A DNA stretch of 64,000 nt from an uncultured Alphaproteobacteria bacterium (GCA_944390895.1 CALXRQ010000003.1:5550-69549); one strand, 5' to 3'. Numbered from the stretch's first letter, positions 47,790 through 58,134 are shown. Translations and numbers: made by a program. The notes: generated by a model not told the origin, from the letters alone.

Positions 47790-49940
47790 ATGGAGAACAA
47801 GCTGCAGGAACTGGCAGACAAGTTGGGAATTGCCACCAAGTTTGTCGATGCGGGGCTGGTTAAAAAAGAATATGAAATTAAAGATAACATCATTCGCTTT
47901 TTTGCCGAACAGCTGGGATACCGCGCCGGAACTTCCGAAGATGTCGAACGCTCTCTTTCTTCTTATGAAAAACGTCGCTGGCAGAAGTCGCTGGAGAAAA
48001 TTTATGTGGTAGAGCAGGCGGCGGTCAACTTTGATTTAGTCATTCCGGCCGAGTTTGAAAACGAAGATTTTGAACTCCGCCTGAAGTGTCGGAACACGGA
48101 TGTTTCGCCCGACGTTTCTTTTGAGGTCATAAACCATGAGGAATATCAACTGGTAGGCAAAACCAAATACGTAAAACTTCATTTTCTGATAACCTCTCCG
48201 CTTGAAATCGGCTATTATGATGCAGATCTGCGGGTCGGCGCTAAAAGATACCGAACGGTTTTGGCTGTCACGCCGAAAAGGTGCTATGTCAACCCGGCGT
48301 TGACCGAGCGCAAACTTTGGGGATTTGCCGTGCAGCTGTATTCGGTGCGCAGCGAACGCAACTGGGGTGTCGGCGATTTCACCGATTTGGCTGAACTGGT
48401 GCGGATTTGTCATCGAGCCGGCGCCGATGTCATCGGGCTTAATCCGCTGAACGTTTTGTCGCACGATTTTCCTGAAAATGCCAGTCCGTATCAGTCCATC
48501 AGCCGTTTGTTTCTCAATCCGATATATATTGACATTGAAGCGGTTCCCGAGTTCGGCGCGGCAGACAAGGCTGAAGTTGAATCGGAAATATATGAGCTTC
48601 GTCAAAGCGAACTGATACAATATGAGCACGTTTATCCGCTGAAAGTCCGTATGCTGGAAAAAATGTATGAGCGCTTTAAGAACGGTTCCGATGTTCAGCG
48701 CCATGCCGAATATGAAGATTTTTGCCGGAAAGAAGGCGTCGAGCTTGAAAAGCTGGCCGTCTTCCAGTGCCTGTATAACGAAAATGCACAGAAGGTACGG
48801 GGCGGATGGCGCTCTTGGGAGGAAGAATACCGCAATCCCCATTCTCTGGCCGTAAAAGAATATATGCATACGCACGCCGACCGGATTGAGTTTTTCAAAT
48901 TTATGCAGTTTGAAGCCTGGCGCCAGTTCAGTCAGGCTCGTCGTCTGGTTGACGAACTGGGACTCAAAGTCGGTTTTTATCGGGATTTGGCTGTCGGTGT
49001 CGGACAGGACAGCGCCGAGCTTTGGAGCGAACCGGGATTGTTTTTTGCCGAAGCCGGTGCCGGTGCGCCGCCGGACGCGTTTTTTCCAGGCGGTCAGAAA
49101 TGGGGACTGGGCGCCTTTAATCCCAATGCGTTAAAAGACGATGCCTATGCGCCGTTCATCAGGATTCTCCGCGCCAATATGCACAATGCCGGAGCATTGC
49201 GTATTGACCACGTTATGAGCCTGATGCGCCTTTACATCATTCCCGACAAGGAAGATGTCGGAACTTATGTTTACTATAACCTTCCCGATATGCTGGGAAT
49301 TGTCGCGCTGGAAAGCGCGCTGCATCGCTGCAGCATTGTCGGCGAGAGCATTGGTAATGTTCCGGACGGATTTTTGGATCATCTGGACAATAAAAATATC
49401 TATTCGCTGAGCGTTCTCTGGGCTGAGCGCAAGGATTCCGGCTGGGGTGATTTTAACCGGCCGTCGGAATATCCGGCCAATGCCTTTGTTTCGGTCGGAA
49501 CGCACGATATGGCGCCGCTCCGCATGTGGTGGTTCGGCTATGACATTGAACAGGCTTTCCAACTGGGAATGATTGAAGACGAGCAGGCCAGAAACGATGC
49601 TTATAAAAAACGCGAAGCCGACCGCTGGAAACTTCTGTCGGCGTTGGATGAAAGCGGCGTCTGGCCGGAAGACAACCTCAGGAAAGGAAATTATCTGTAT
49701 GGCGAAGCCTATCCCGAAGGGATGGAGGAAGCGGTTCACCGCTTTGTTGCCCGTACGCCGTGTCCGGTTTTTCTGGCGCAGTTGGAAGACATTCTGCATG
49801 TCGAAAAAATGCAGAATCTGCCCGGCACCGACCGCGACAAACATCCGAACTGGCGCCGCAAGCTGCCGGTCAATTTGGAGCGGCTGGAAGGCGATATTGC
49901 TTATGTCAGGAATATTCGCGCCATTAAGCGTGAAAGATAG
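47790..49940 (+). CDS. malQ: 4-alpha-glucanotransferase (amylomaltase, GH77) with N-terminal extension
   Basis: 716 aa. GH77 core (WGVGDFTDL..., GALRIDHVMS, VGTHDM). Confidence 0.85.
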   Translation: MENKLQELADKLGIATKFVDAGLVKKEYEIKDNIIRFFAEQLGYRAGTSEDVERSLSSYEKRRWQKSLEKIYVVEQAAVNFDLVIPAEFENEDFELRLKCRNTDVSPDVSFEVINHEEYQLVGKTKYVKLHFLITSPLEIGYYDADLRVGAKRYRTVLAVTPKRCYVNPALTERKLWGFAVQLYSVRSERNWGVGDFTDLAELVRICHRAGADVIGLNPLNVLSHDFPENASPYQSISRLFLNPIYIDIEAVPEFGAADKAEVESEIYELRQSELIQYEHVYPLKVRMLEKMYERFKNGSDVQRHAEYEDFCRKEGVELEKLAVFQCLYNENAQKVRGGWRSWEEEYRNPHSLAVKEYMHTHADRIEFFKFMQFEAWRQFSQARRLVDELGLKVGFYRDLAVGVGQDSAELWSEPGLFFAEAGAGAPPDAFFPGGQKWGLGAFNPNALKDDAYAPFIRILRANMHNAGALRIDHVMSLMRLYIIPDKEDVGTYVYYNLPDMLGIVALESALHRCSIVGESIGNVPDGFLDHLDNKNIYSLSVLWAERKDSGWGDFNRPSEYPANAFVSVGTHDMAPLRMWWFGYDIEQAFQLGMIEDEQARNDAYKKREADRWKLLSALDESGVWPEDNLRKGNYLYGEAYPEGMEEAVHRFVARTPCPVFLAQLEDILHVEKMQNLPGTDRDKHPNWRRKLPVNLERLEGDIAYVRNIRAIKRER

Positions 49941-49950
49941 AAACAGCTAA

Positions 49951-49979
49951 TAAAAAAGGGAGCAGGGCTCCCTTTTTTC
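49951..49979. terminator. Bidirectional terminator between malQ and flgL
   Basis: aaaaaaGGGAGCagggCTCCCtttttt. Confidence 0.7.
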
Positions 49980-49992
49980 ATATCCGTAAAGT

Positions 49993-51921
49993 TTAATTCA
50001 GATAGTTCAGCAGGGAAGTGCTCATTGCCGCCTGCAAAACCGAATAAGACGCGTTCAGGTTGTTCAACGCCAGAAGCGCCTTAACCGCCGCTTCGGTCTG
50101 ATCCACGTTCTTAAGCGAATCAATGCTGGTCTGCATATTGTTGACCATCAGCGTCTGCGTTTCTTCAATGCTGTTCAGAACCACTGTGTTGGAGTTCATT
50201 TTAGCCTGAATGGTATACAGGTCTGCGTTTTTCATATCTGAATTGCGGCCGCCGCTGAAAATGGCGTCGTTCAGCAAATCAAGCGCTTCGGTAACTCTGT
50301 TAAGCGTCTCGGTCGGATCAACCTCGGCACCTTCCAGCGGATTGCGGGTATCGACCAAATTTCCCTGCGCAATCATGCCCAAAGCGCGGAACATTTGTTC
50401 AAAAGCGCCGTCGCTGGCATTGACGTCCATGGTTATGGACTGATTCTCGCTGACGTGTTTTTCGGTAATCAGATCTCCGCCCTGATAATAAGAATGGCTG
50501 TCCAGGCTCCATTTGCTTGAAGCAGCAATATCCTGAGACGTAGCCGGCCAACGGCTGGGATCAACCGTAACGTACAGTTCGGTGCCGTCAGCGCTGACGC
50601 CGGTAACCTGAACCTGAGGAGAAACGTTGCGGTCAAAACCGTTCATGTCGATGACGGTGCCGACCGGGAACGAGGTGCTGAACTTTGCGCCGCCGCCATC
50701 GGCAATGACGTCGTCGGCTCTGATCGGCGTTGAATCTTCAAACGTGATTGTCTTGCCGTCGGCCGAAACCGATTTTACCACATAAGAACCGTTGTGCGTA
50801 TCTCCGGCGTCGCTGATAACCAGTGTATCGCCGGGCTTGATGGTATTAAACGCGCCGTATTGCGTGGCATTGATGGTATTTCTGTCGCTGTTGAAAGTCA
50901 AATCGCCGGTTGTTCCTTCGCTGGCAATCAGCGACTGGGTCAGGAAACTGCCGTCGGGATTGTTGATTTTGATGGTTCCCTGATTTCCGCCGTTGTTAAT
51001 CAACTGGATGTCGCCGAGTTTTTCACCGTTGAGTTCATAAGAGGAAAGAGCCGCACTGCCGCTGGTCGGATAAGTGATGTTCAGTCCGTCGTAATAAGCC
51101 TGAAATTCTTCCAGGGTCGAAAACGGAAAGTCGACCGGTGCCTGAGTGGAAACGCCGCCGCCGAACAGATATTTGCCGTTGGCAAAAACGTTGAGCGAGT
51201 CAACCAGAGATTTCATGGCGTTAAACGCGGTCGTCTGCAACTCCTTCATCGTTTGATATTGGTCGTCGTTCATGGTATGCGGTTTGCCGGTGGTAACGCC
51301 GTCGGCTTCCAGAACCGAAGATTCTCCGTCTACGGTATAGTATGGATAGGAAAACTTATTACCCTCAAATTCAAAATCGGCATAGTTGGCGGCGTCGGTT
51401 ACCTTAAGTTTTTCGCTCAGGGCGTTCATGACCTCTGCGCCATAGTTTTCGTTTCCCGGCGTAAGCGCGCCGATGTCGATGTTGTTGCCGGAGTCATCGC
51501 CGTTGGTGAAAGTATACTGAGTTCCGTTAACGGTGATAGTCTTTCCGACATAGACGTCCTCGTTGCTGCCGAAAGTAATTTCGCCGCCCGTGTAGTCCGG
51601 CGTAATGTCTTCCAGATCCATTCCGCTGAATTTCGTCAGCATGGATTTGACGTCGCTGATGGCATCGCTGATTGATTCCAGCGAAGTATTGATCGTTTTG
51701 ACTTCGGTCGTCAGAATTTTGTTGTTTTCCATAAAGTTCTTGGCGACGCCGAGAGCCGCTTCCGTGTTGACAATGCTGTATGCGCTCATTCCGTAGCCGG
51801 AATAGGTCGGGGATTTCAGTCCGCTCTGAGCCTGAAAACTGTACAGGTCAAGCTGGGCTTTGGTCGTCATTGTCTGGTTCAGCATATTCATATATGAATT
51901 ATATGTCGGAACTCTGGTCAT
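49993..51921 (-). CDS. flgL: Flagellar hook-associated protein 3 (flagellin-like N and C termini)
   Basis: 642 aa. Flagellin-type terminal helices. Immediately downstream of flgK. Confidence 0.7.
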   Translation of the reverse strand: MTRVPTYNSYMNMLNQTMTTKAQLDLYSFQAQSGLKSPTYSGYGMSAYSIVNTEAALGVAKNFMENNKILTTEVKTINTSLESISDAISDVKSMLTKFSGMDLEDITPDYTGGEITFGSNEDVYVGKTITVNGTQYTFTNGDDSGNNIDIGALTPGNENYGAEVMNALSEKLKVTDAANYADFEFEGNKFSYPYYTVDGESSVLEADGVTTGKPHTMNDDQYQTMKELQTTAFNAMKSLVDSLNVFANGKYLFGGGVSTQAPVDFPFSTLEEFQAYYDGLNITYPTSGSAALSSYELNGEKLGDIQLINNGGNQGTIKINNPDGSFLTQSLIASEGTTGDLTFNSDRNTINATQYGAFNTIKPGDTLVISDAGDTHNGSYVVKSVSADGKTITFEDSTPIRADDVIADGGGAKFSTSFPVGTVIDMNGFDRNVSPQVQVTGVSADGTELYVTVDPSRWPATSQDIAASSKWSLDSHSYYQGGDLITEKHVSENQSITMDVNASDGAFEQMFRALGMIAQGNLVDTRNPLEGAEVDPTETLNRVTEALDLLNDAIFSGGRNSDMKNADLYTIQAKMNSNTVVLNSIEETQTLMVNNMQTSIDSLKNVDQTEAAVKALLALNNLNASYSVLQAAMSTSLLNYLN

Positions 51922-51940
51922 GGTAAAATCCTCCTAATCT

Positions 51941-54124
51941 CTATACAAGGTTCAGCAGCATGTCCAAAATTTCTTTGGATGCGGTGAAAGCCTTGGCGCA
52001 GGCAGCGTATGTCTGCTGAAACATAATCATTTGTCCTAATTCTTCGTCAATATCCACGCCGTTGATTTTAGCTTCTTTGGTGGCAATGGAGTTGGTCAGT
52101 TCCTGTTGATATTCCAAATTGCTCTGCGCGTTGCTGGTTTGAGAAGCAATATTGCCGACAAAGGTTGAAGCATAGTTGGCCAGCGTGCAGTCAGTCTGGG
52201 AAATCGTGCCGGACTGGCCAAAGCTTTGTGTCTCGGAAAACACTTTTCCCATGGCGTTGGCCACGTTGTTGTTGGCCGGGTTAAGCTGATATTCTCCGGA
52301 GCTTTCGTTAAACTCGGGTGCGCCGCCGGCAATCAGCGTCGGCTGCAGGGCAATGTCGCTTCTGACCGCAATGGAACTTGAGGTCGTTGCGTTGGACGGA
52401 TGCATACCGAGCCGTTCCAGCAGTCCGGAAGACGGATCGCCGTTCATACGGTTTTCGCTGATTTCGAGCTGTTCGCCGGAGGTCGTCATAATGCGGAGCA
52501 TATAGCCGTTGCCGTTGGGTACCAAAGATGCCCTCAGACTTGAGTTCAAATCCGGATTGTCGTTGATTTTATCAACGATGTCTTGCAGCGTATCATTGGC
52601 GTTAACCGTAATCGAGCCGAAGTTGATTCCCTGGCTGGTTGTCGAAAATCCCAGCACAACGTTGTCTTTGATGCCGAGATTCATGTTCGGCGACACCACT
52701 TTCGAATCATAGATGGATTCGTCGTTAAGCGTCGTAAAGAAGTCGTTCATGCCGAAGAAACTTGAAAATCCGCTGAACTCACGGTCATAGTTGGTCGTAT
52801 TGTTGTTGGCAAACTTAATGGTGACGCTGCTCTGTTCGGAACCGGCCGCCGAGGAGACCTGATCCATAATCGAAATGGAATATTCGCTGTCGCCGGTGTC
52901 AATGACCAGATGCCCTTCATTGTCAATCTTAGCCACGGCCTGAGGCAGATCGGCGCCGTCCGGGGAGGTCAGCCAGTCTTGAATCTTCTGCGTCATTTCT
53001 TCGACCGTGCCTTCGGTAAAGCCGAGGTCTCCGCCCAGAGAAACGGTTGCGGCCTGTTTGCCGTCTTTGTCAAAAATGGTAAAACGTACGTCGCCGCCCT
53101 CAATTTTGATACGCTGTTTTTCCGCGTCGATAATCGTGCGGGTACCGGTCAGGGACGATGGTGTGGCCGGGTAGGCGGTGCCTTGGTTGTGCGCTTCGTT
53201 TACGGCGCTTTTCAAAACGCCGGCCAGTTCGTCGAGCTGGGATTGCAGCGATGGAAGGGTAACGTCCCGCACTTCAATCAGGCCTTTCAGCTCGCCGTCT
53301 TTGATACGTGAGGTAATATCCTGTCCGTCAACGTAAATGCCGCTGATTTCGCCGCCGGCATAAGTTGAAGTCGGACTGCTCTGAGCCACGGCCGTATGAG
53401 AAAGTTTATGTACTTCCTTATCGAGAAGCGGAATGCCGTTTTGCGTCTGAACGACAATCTCGCCGTTTTCTCTTTGGAAATAGTTAATGTCGATTTTTTC
53501 GCTGAGGCTGCGCAGCGCCTGATCTCTTTTATCTTCAAGGTCGGCCAGCCCGTCTTGTTTCAAAACCGTTGCTTTGACAATGCTCTGGTTCAGCTGGTCC
53601 AGTTCTTCGAGCAGCGAGTTGATTTCTTCAACGCTGCCGGTAATGGCCATGTCGGCTTCGCCGCGGAGTTTTTGAATTTCGGTGGAAATGGAGTTCAGGC
53701 GCGAAGCCAGCGTCTGGGCGTTGTTCAGGAGCGTATAACGTCCGGAAGCCGAAGTAACGTCGCTGGCAAAGGTTTCAAAGGCCGACTGCAGTGCGCCGAC
53801 ATTGGCCGAAATGGCGTTTTCTCCCTGCGGCGTGCCGAGCAGAAGCTCGGCTTTGCTCAGATATTCATACTGAGAGTTGAGATTCCCGCTTTGTGAATTG
53901 GCGGCAAGAAAGCTTTTCAAAAGTCCGGTGTTGACGTTGCGGGTGATATTGCCCAAAGAAACGCCGTTCGGATATCCGGACAGAACCAGATTGTTTTGTC
54001 CGGCCGTTTTTCTGGTATAGCCTTCGGTGTCGACGTTGGCAATGTTGCGGCTGATAATGTCAAGCTGCCCCTGAGCCGTCTTCATTCCCGAAAGCGATGT
54101 TGTTAAACTCGGTACTAACGCCAT
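51941..54124 (-). CDS. flgK: Flagellar hook-associated protein 1
   Basis: N-terminus MALVPSLTTSLSGMKTAQGQLDIISRNIANVDTEGYTRK. C-terminus ...MIMFQQTYAACAKAFTASKEILDMLLNLV. 727 aa. Confidence 0.85.
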   Translation of the reverse strand: MALVPSLTTSLSGMKTAQGQLDIISRNIANVDTEGYTRKTAGQNNLVLSGYPNGVSLGNITRNVNTGLLKSFLAANSQSGNLNSQYEYLSKAELLLGTPQGENAISANVGALQSAFETFASDVTSASGRYTLLNNAQTLASRLNSISTEIQKLRGEADMAITGSVEEINSLLEELDQLNQSIVKATVLKQDGLADLEDKRDQALRSLSEKIDINYFQRENGEIVVQTQNGIPLLDKEVHKLSHTAVAQSSPTSTYAGGEISGIYVDGQDITSRIKDGELKGLIEVRDVTLPSLQSQLDELAGVLKSAVNEAHNQGTAYPATPSSLTGTRTIIDAEKQRIKIEGGDVRFTIFDKDGKQAATVSLGGDLGFTEGTVEEMTQKIQDWLTSPDGADLPQAVAKIDNEGHLVIDTGDSEYSISIMDQVSSAAGSEQSSVTIKFANNNTTNYDREFSGFSSFFGMNDFFTTLNDESIYDSKVVSPNMNLGIKDNVVLGFSTTSQGINFGSITVNANDTLQDIVDKINDNPDLNSSLRASLVPNGNGYMLRIMTTSGEQLEISENRMNGDPSSGLLERLGMHPSNATTSSSIAVRSDIALQPTLIAGGAPEFNESSGEYQLNPANNNVANAMGKVFSETQSFGQSGTISQTDCTLANYASTFVGNIASQTSNAQSNLEYQQELTNSIATKEAKINGVDIDEELGQMIMFQQTYAACAKAFTASKEILDMLLNLV

Positions 54125-54137
54125 AACCGTAACTCCT

Positions 54138-54590
54138 TTATAATGTTCTATTTATGGCTAAAGCATTTCTGCTGTTGTCCAGCGGCGTGTAGCTGCCGTT
54201 GTTGCCATAGGAAGTTGCATTGGTTTTGTTGGTGATTTTGGCAATGTTGACAATAGAGTCCATCACCGTTTTGCTGGTCTCCATCCTGGTTTTGAGCAGG
54301 CGGTCGTTTTCCTGCAACAGTTCGTCCAGCGCCTGGGAACAGCTTTTGAGATCAAGCTTTTCGGCTTCATTCAGAGTTTCCAGCGAAGCCTGATTTTTAA
54401 TGAAATAAGCCACCAGTCCGCGGTAAGCCATCACGGTTTGCAGCTTTTTTTCATAAAGAGATGAAACCAGTTCCAGATTAAAGTCGGTCAGAGCCTGATT
54501 TTCCGTTTTCAACAGTTCGGAAAAACTGGCTATAATCTCCTTATAGTCCTGAATCTTTTGGCTTATGTCTTGTTTTTCGATATTCTCCAT
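54138..54590 (-). CDS. Hypothetical flagellar-operon protein (possible FlgN-like chaperone)
   Basis: 150-aa helical protein between the rod-binding gene and flgK. Assignment is positional only. Confidence 0.3.
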   Translation of the reverse strand: MENIEKQDISQKIQDYKEIIASFSELLKTENQALTDFNLELVSSLYEKKLQTVMAYRGLVAYFIKNQASLETLNEAEKLDLKSCSQALDELLQENDRLLKTRMETSKTVMDSIVNIAKITNKTNATSYGNNGSYTPLDNSRNALAINRTL

Positions 54591-54605
54591 CTTACACCTC
54601 TTTAA

Positions 54606-54947
54606 TTATAATGCCGGACTGCTCTGGGCTTCCTGCATCTGGATGATGGAAGTCATGATGCTGTCGGAAACGCCGATGGTTCCGGTTTTGGCCATTACTT
54701 TGCCATATTCGTCAAGCAGCATTGAGCGGTATATTTTTTCGGCATGCCCGCCGCCGAACATTCCTTCCGTTGAAATGCCCTCAAACATGCTTTCCATCAT
54801 TTTGGTCATAAAGAAAGCTTCGAAGTCTTCGGCGGTTTTCCTTGCTTCCTCAAGGTTTTGAACCGGTCTGTCCGCCGGCGCGCTTTTTCGGTTAAAGGCC
54901 AACGCCGCGGTGTCAAAATCTGCGTATGTCGAATTGATCGTGCTCAT
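54606..54947 (-). CDS. Flagellar rod-binding protein (FlgJ N-terminal domain-like)
   Basis: ...AEDFEAFFMTKMMESMF... matches the Rod_binding motif. 113 aa. Confidence 0.65.
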   Translation of the reverse strand: MSTINSTYADFDTAALAFNRKSAPADRPVQNLEEARKTAEDFEAFFMTKMMESMFEGISTEGMFGGGHAEKIYRSMLLDEYGKVMAKTGTIGVSDSIMTSIIQMQEAQSSPAL

Positions 54948-54948
54948 T

Positions 54949-56073
54949 TTATATCACCTCTATGTCTGCCTGCAGTGCGCCGCTGGCCTTAACCGCCTGC
55001 AGAATGCTTATCAGATCCCGCGGCGTAACGCCCAGAGCGTTCAACCCGTCAACCAGTTCCTGAAGATTAACACCGGTGTCCAGAACGCTGAGTTTGGCGT
55101 CAACGTCTTCGTTAATGTCAATTGCGGTGCTGGAGGCAACCACGGTCTGTCCGTCGCTGAACGGCAGCGGCTGGGAAATCAAAGGCATTTCCGATATTTT
55201 GATGGTCAGGTTGCCCTGTGCAATGGCAAGCTTGTTTATTTTTACGTCTTTGCCGATAACCACGATTCCAGAACCTTCGTCAATAACCACTTTGGCCGTT
55301 TGGTCAGGCTGCACTTGTATCTGCTCCACCTTTGTCATCAGCGAAACGATTTTGTCCTTATATTCTTCGGGCACTTCAAGCACAATGGTGGCCGGATCGG
55401 TTGCTTGCGCAGTCTGGATTCCCAGATGGGCGTTAATGGCGTCGCTTACTCTGCGCGCCGTCGTAAAGTCCGGATTGCGCAAGGCAATTCTGATAACTTT
55501 CAGATCTTCAAGGTTAAAAGGAATTTCATTTTCGATAATGGCGCCGTTGGCAATGCGTCCGGAAGTCGGCACGCCTTTGACGACGGATTGGGTAGCGCCT
55601 TTGGCACTGACGGCTCCGACGGCGATTTGTCCCTGAGCTACGGCAAAAATTTCTCCGTTGGCGCCCATCAGAGGCGTTGCCAGTAAGGTTCCGCCCTGCA
55701 GGCTCTTGGCATCGCCCATGGCGCTGACCATAACGTCAATGCGGCTGCCCTGACGTCCGAAAGCGGGCAGGTTGGCCGTGACCATTACCGCCGCGACGTT
55801 TTTGGATTTGAGCTGTCCGTCTCTGGCGTTGATGCCGATTTTGTCAAGCATGGAAATGATGCTTTCCTTTGTAAAGTCAATGGACTTAATGTTATCGCCG
55901 GTTCCGTTTAAACCGACCACCAGGCCGTATCCGATCAGTTGGTTGTCGCGAATGCCTTCAAAATCGGCAATATCTTTAATGCGCGAACTTGCCTGCAACG
56001 GTGCCGCATAAAGGCAGAAACCGGCTGTAAACAGCATAAAGACAAAGGTTTTAATGGTTTTGAACGCAGTCAT
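54949..56073 (-). CDS. flgI: Flagellar P-ring protein
   Basis: Signal peptide, then RIKDIADFEGIRDNQLIGYGLVVGLNGTGD..., the canonical FlgI start. 374 aa. Confidence 0.9.
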   Translation of the reverse strand: MTAFKTIKTFVFMLFTAGFCLYAAPLQASSRIKDIADFEGIRDNQLIGYGLVVGLNGTGDNIKSIDFTKESIISMLDKIGINARDGQLKSKNVAAVMVTANLPAFGRQGSRIDVMVSAMGDAKSLQGGTLLATPLMGANGEIFAVAQGQIAVGAVSAKGATQSVVKGVPTSGRIANGAIIENEIPFNLEDLKVIRIALRNPDFTTARRVSDAINAHLGIQTAQATDPATIVLEVPEEYKDKIVSLMTKVEQIQVQPDQTAKVVIDEGSGIVVIGKDVKINKLAIAQGNLTIKISEMPLISQPLPFSDGQTVVASSTAIDINEDVDAKLSVLDTGVNLQELVDGLNALGVTPRDLISILQAVKASGALQADIEVI

Positions 56074-56116
56074 TTTTCAGGGTCCCGTTTTTTTGCAATT
56101 AATCTGTTACTTTATA

Positions 56117-56132
56117 TGCAATTTTCGTGCCA
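56117..56132 (-). promoter_or_regulatory. Sigma-54 (-24/-12) promoter upstream of the flgI operon
   Basis: - strand reads TGGCACgaaaaTTGCAt, which matches TGGCAC-N5-TTGCW. About 45 nt upstream of the flgI ATG. Confidence 0.6.
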
Positions 56133-56379
56133 TTTTTAAAAAGCTTTGTCGCGTCCATGGTTTCTTTTTAGCGAATATATAAAATATTATGTTATTGGAG
56201 GTGCTTTCAGCCTAAAAATACATAACATAGTAAGTAAAAGTAGTCTTTTCAATAAACTATACACTTTTTTTAATTCATATTTCTTTTTTTAATTGTACTT
56301 TTTTTCAGGTGTTTGTATAGTTGAAGCATAAGTAATATAAAATTTAACAATTGTCAGAATTAAGTAGTGGTTAAATACA

Positions 56380-56685
56380 ATGACCAAACTCATAAATAAA
56401 ATTGTAATGGTAAACAACCGCCGGACCAGCATGAGACTGTGCCTCAAAGAATGGGAGGCTCTGTATGAAGTCTGCAAAATAGAAAAGATATCTAAAAACC
56501 GTCTGATTGAAATGATTGAAGCAAACAAATCCGAAATGTTGGGCCTTACATATTCCACCCGGTTGTTTTTGGTAAGTTATTTCCGTGAAGCTGCGTCTGA
56601 AGACGGCCACAAACTCGCCGGCCACGGCACTTCCGGAGACCAGTCCGCCATTTTGCGCGTCTTAAAAAGCGTTATGGACAAATAG
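56380..56685 (+). CDS. Ribbon-helix-helix domain protein (COG4321-like)
   Basis: NNRRTSMRLCLKEWEALYEVCKIEKISKNRLIEMIE...TRLFLVSYFR fits the RRTS...LE..W..L...A....S...L...I...RLFVL pattern of this RHH family. Confidence 0.5.
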   Translation: MTKLINKIVMVNNRRTSMRLCLKEWEALYEVCKIEKISKNRLIEMIEANKSEMLGLTYSTRLFLVSYFREAASEDGHKLAGHGTSGDQSAILRVLKSVMDK

Positions 56686-56691
56686 TTCTGC

Positions 56692-58134
56692 TTATAAATA
56701 TTTCCTTATTACTTCCTGATCGCTGAACGGATACACTTTACCCATAATATACTGTCCCGTTTCGTGTCCTTTGCCCGCCACAATCAGAACGTCGCCGTCC
56801 CGCAAATTGCCCACGGCATATTTTATGGCATCTTCTCTGCCGCCGATATTATGCGCGTCAGGACATCCGGTCATAATCTGCCGGCGGATTTCCTCGGGAT
56901 TCTCGGTTCTCGGATTGTCGTCGCTGACATAAACTTCGTCTGCTTTCTCCGCGGCGATTTTTCCCATAATCGGACGTTTGCTGTTGTCCCGGTCTCCGCC
57001 GCAGCCGAATAAGACGTGCAGCCGGGCGCGCGTATGGGGACGCATTGCCGCGATAACGTTTTCCAAGGCGTCCGGTGTATGAGCATAGTCAACATAAACG
57101 GCGCCGCCTGCCGCGGTGGTGCCGATATATTCCAAACGGCCTTTTGCACCTTTGATTGAGCTCATTGCCGCCAGCATTTTTTCCGGTTCACCGGTCAGGA
57201 CCGAAGCCAACCCCAGGGCGCACAGCACGTTCATAGCCTGAAAGTCTCCGGCCAGAGGAATAAACAGCTCTCGGGGTTTACCTTCAAAAATAATCTTTAA
57301 TATCTGACCTTTATCGGTCGCTTCTTCGGACAAAAGTTTAATGTCTTGTCCGCGCCGTCCGTAGGAAAGGACTTTCCTGCCCGCTTCCCGGCAGGCTTTC
57401 TCAAGCCTTTCATAAACGTCTGAATCCGCGTTCAAAACGGCGGTTCCATCTTTGTCCAGCAGCTCCGTAAACAGCATTTCTTTGGCTTTATAGTAATTTT
57501 CCATCGTTTTGTGATAGTCCAGATGATCCAATGTCAGATTGGTGAATCCGGCAGCCTTAATACGGATTCCGCCCAAACGATATTCGCAGATTCCGTGGCT
57601 GGAAGCTTCCATGGCAACATAATTGAAACCTTCTTTCGCCAGTGTGTCCAACCATTGATGAAGGGCGACGGTCTCCGGCGTGGTATTGGGGTAAACAAGC
57701 GGCGGCAGGTCATTTTTGATAACGCCGAGCGTTCCCATGCTGGCTGCATTTTTTCCGGCGGCAAAAATTGCCTGGCGAACAAAGTCGGCAATGGAGGTTT
57801 TGCCGTTGGTGCCGGTGACGGCACAAATGTTTTGGGGCCGGTGCGGATAAAAAAGCGCTGCCGCCTGAGCAAAATCTTTGTTCGGATTTGCCGATTCTAA
57901 AAAGCAGACTTCGGGAAATTTTTGCCGCAACGAGGCATCATTGGCCAACACCGCCGCGGCACCGTTGCGGACAGCGGCTTCGATATAACGGTTTCCGTCA
58001 AGCGTAAGCGTTTGCAGCGCCGCATACAGATATCCGGGTTTAACACCGCGCGAATCAGAAGAAAGTCCGATGATTTCCGTTTCTTTAATATCGTTTCTTT
58101 CCGGAAATAATTCTGCCAATTTCATAATTTTCAC
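56692..58134 (-). CDS. murE: UDP-N-acetylmuramoyl-L-alanyl-D-glutamate--2,6-diaminopimelate ligase
   Basis: GTNGKTS P-loop. Mur ligase central and C-terminal domains. DNPR-like region. 480 aa. Stand-alone, not within a dcw cluster. Confidence 0.88.
   Translation of the reverse strand: MKIMKLAELFPERNDIKETEIIGLSSDSRGVKPGYLYAALQTLTLDGNRYIEAAVRNGAAAVLANDASLRQKFPEVCFLESANPNKDFAQAAALFYPHRPQNICAVTGTNGKTSIADFVRQAIFAAGKNAASMGTLGVIKNDLPPLVYPNTTPETVALHQWLDTLAKEGFNYVAMEASSHGICEYRLGGIRIKAAGFTNLTLDHLDYHKTMENYYKAKEMLFTELLDKDGTAVLNADSDVYERLEKACREAGRKVLSYGRRGQDIKLLSEEATDKGQILKIIFEGKPRELFIPLAGDFQAMNVLCALGLASVLTGEPEKMLAAMSSIKGAKGRLEYIGTTAAGGAVYVDYAHTPDALENVIAAMRPHTRARLHVLFGCGGDRDNSKRPIMGKIAAEKADEVYVSDDNPRTENPEEIRRQIMTGCPDAHNIGGREDAIKYAVGNLRDGDVLIVAGKGHETGQYIMGKVYPFSDQEVIRKYL

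Noticed and set aside
43788-48875. Several 180-280-aa - strand ORFs within glgB, glgX and malQ
   Set aside because: Antisense to genes with unambiguous GH13/GH77 catalytic motifs.
50794-51675. 293-aa + strand ORF antisense to flgL
   Set aside because: Shadow ORF. flgL has flagellin-type termini and operon context.
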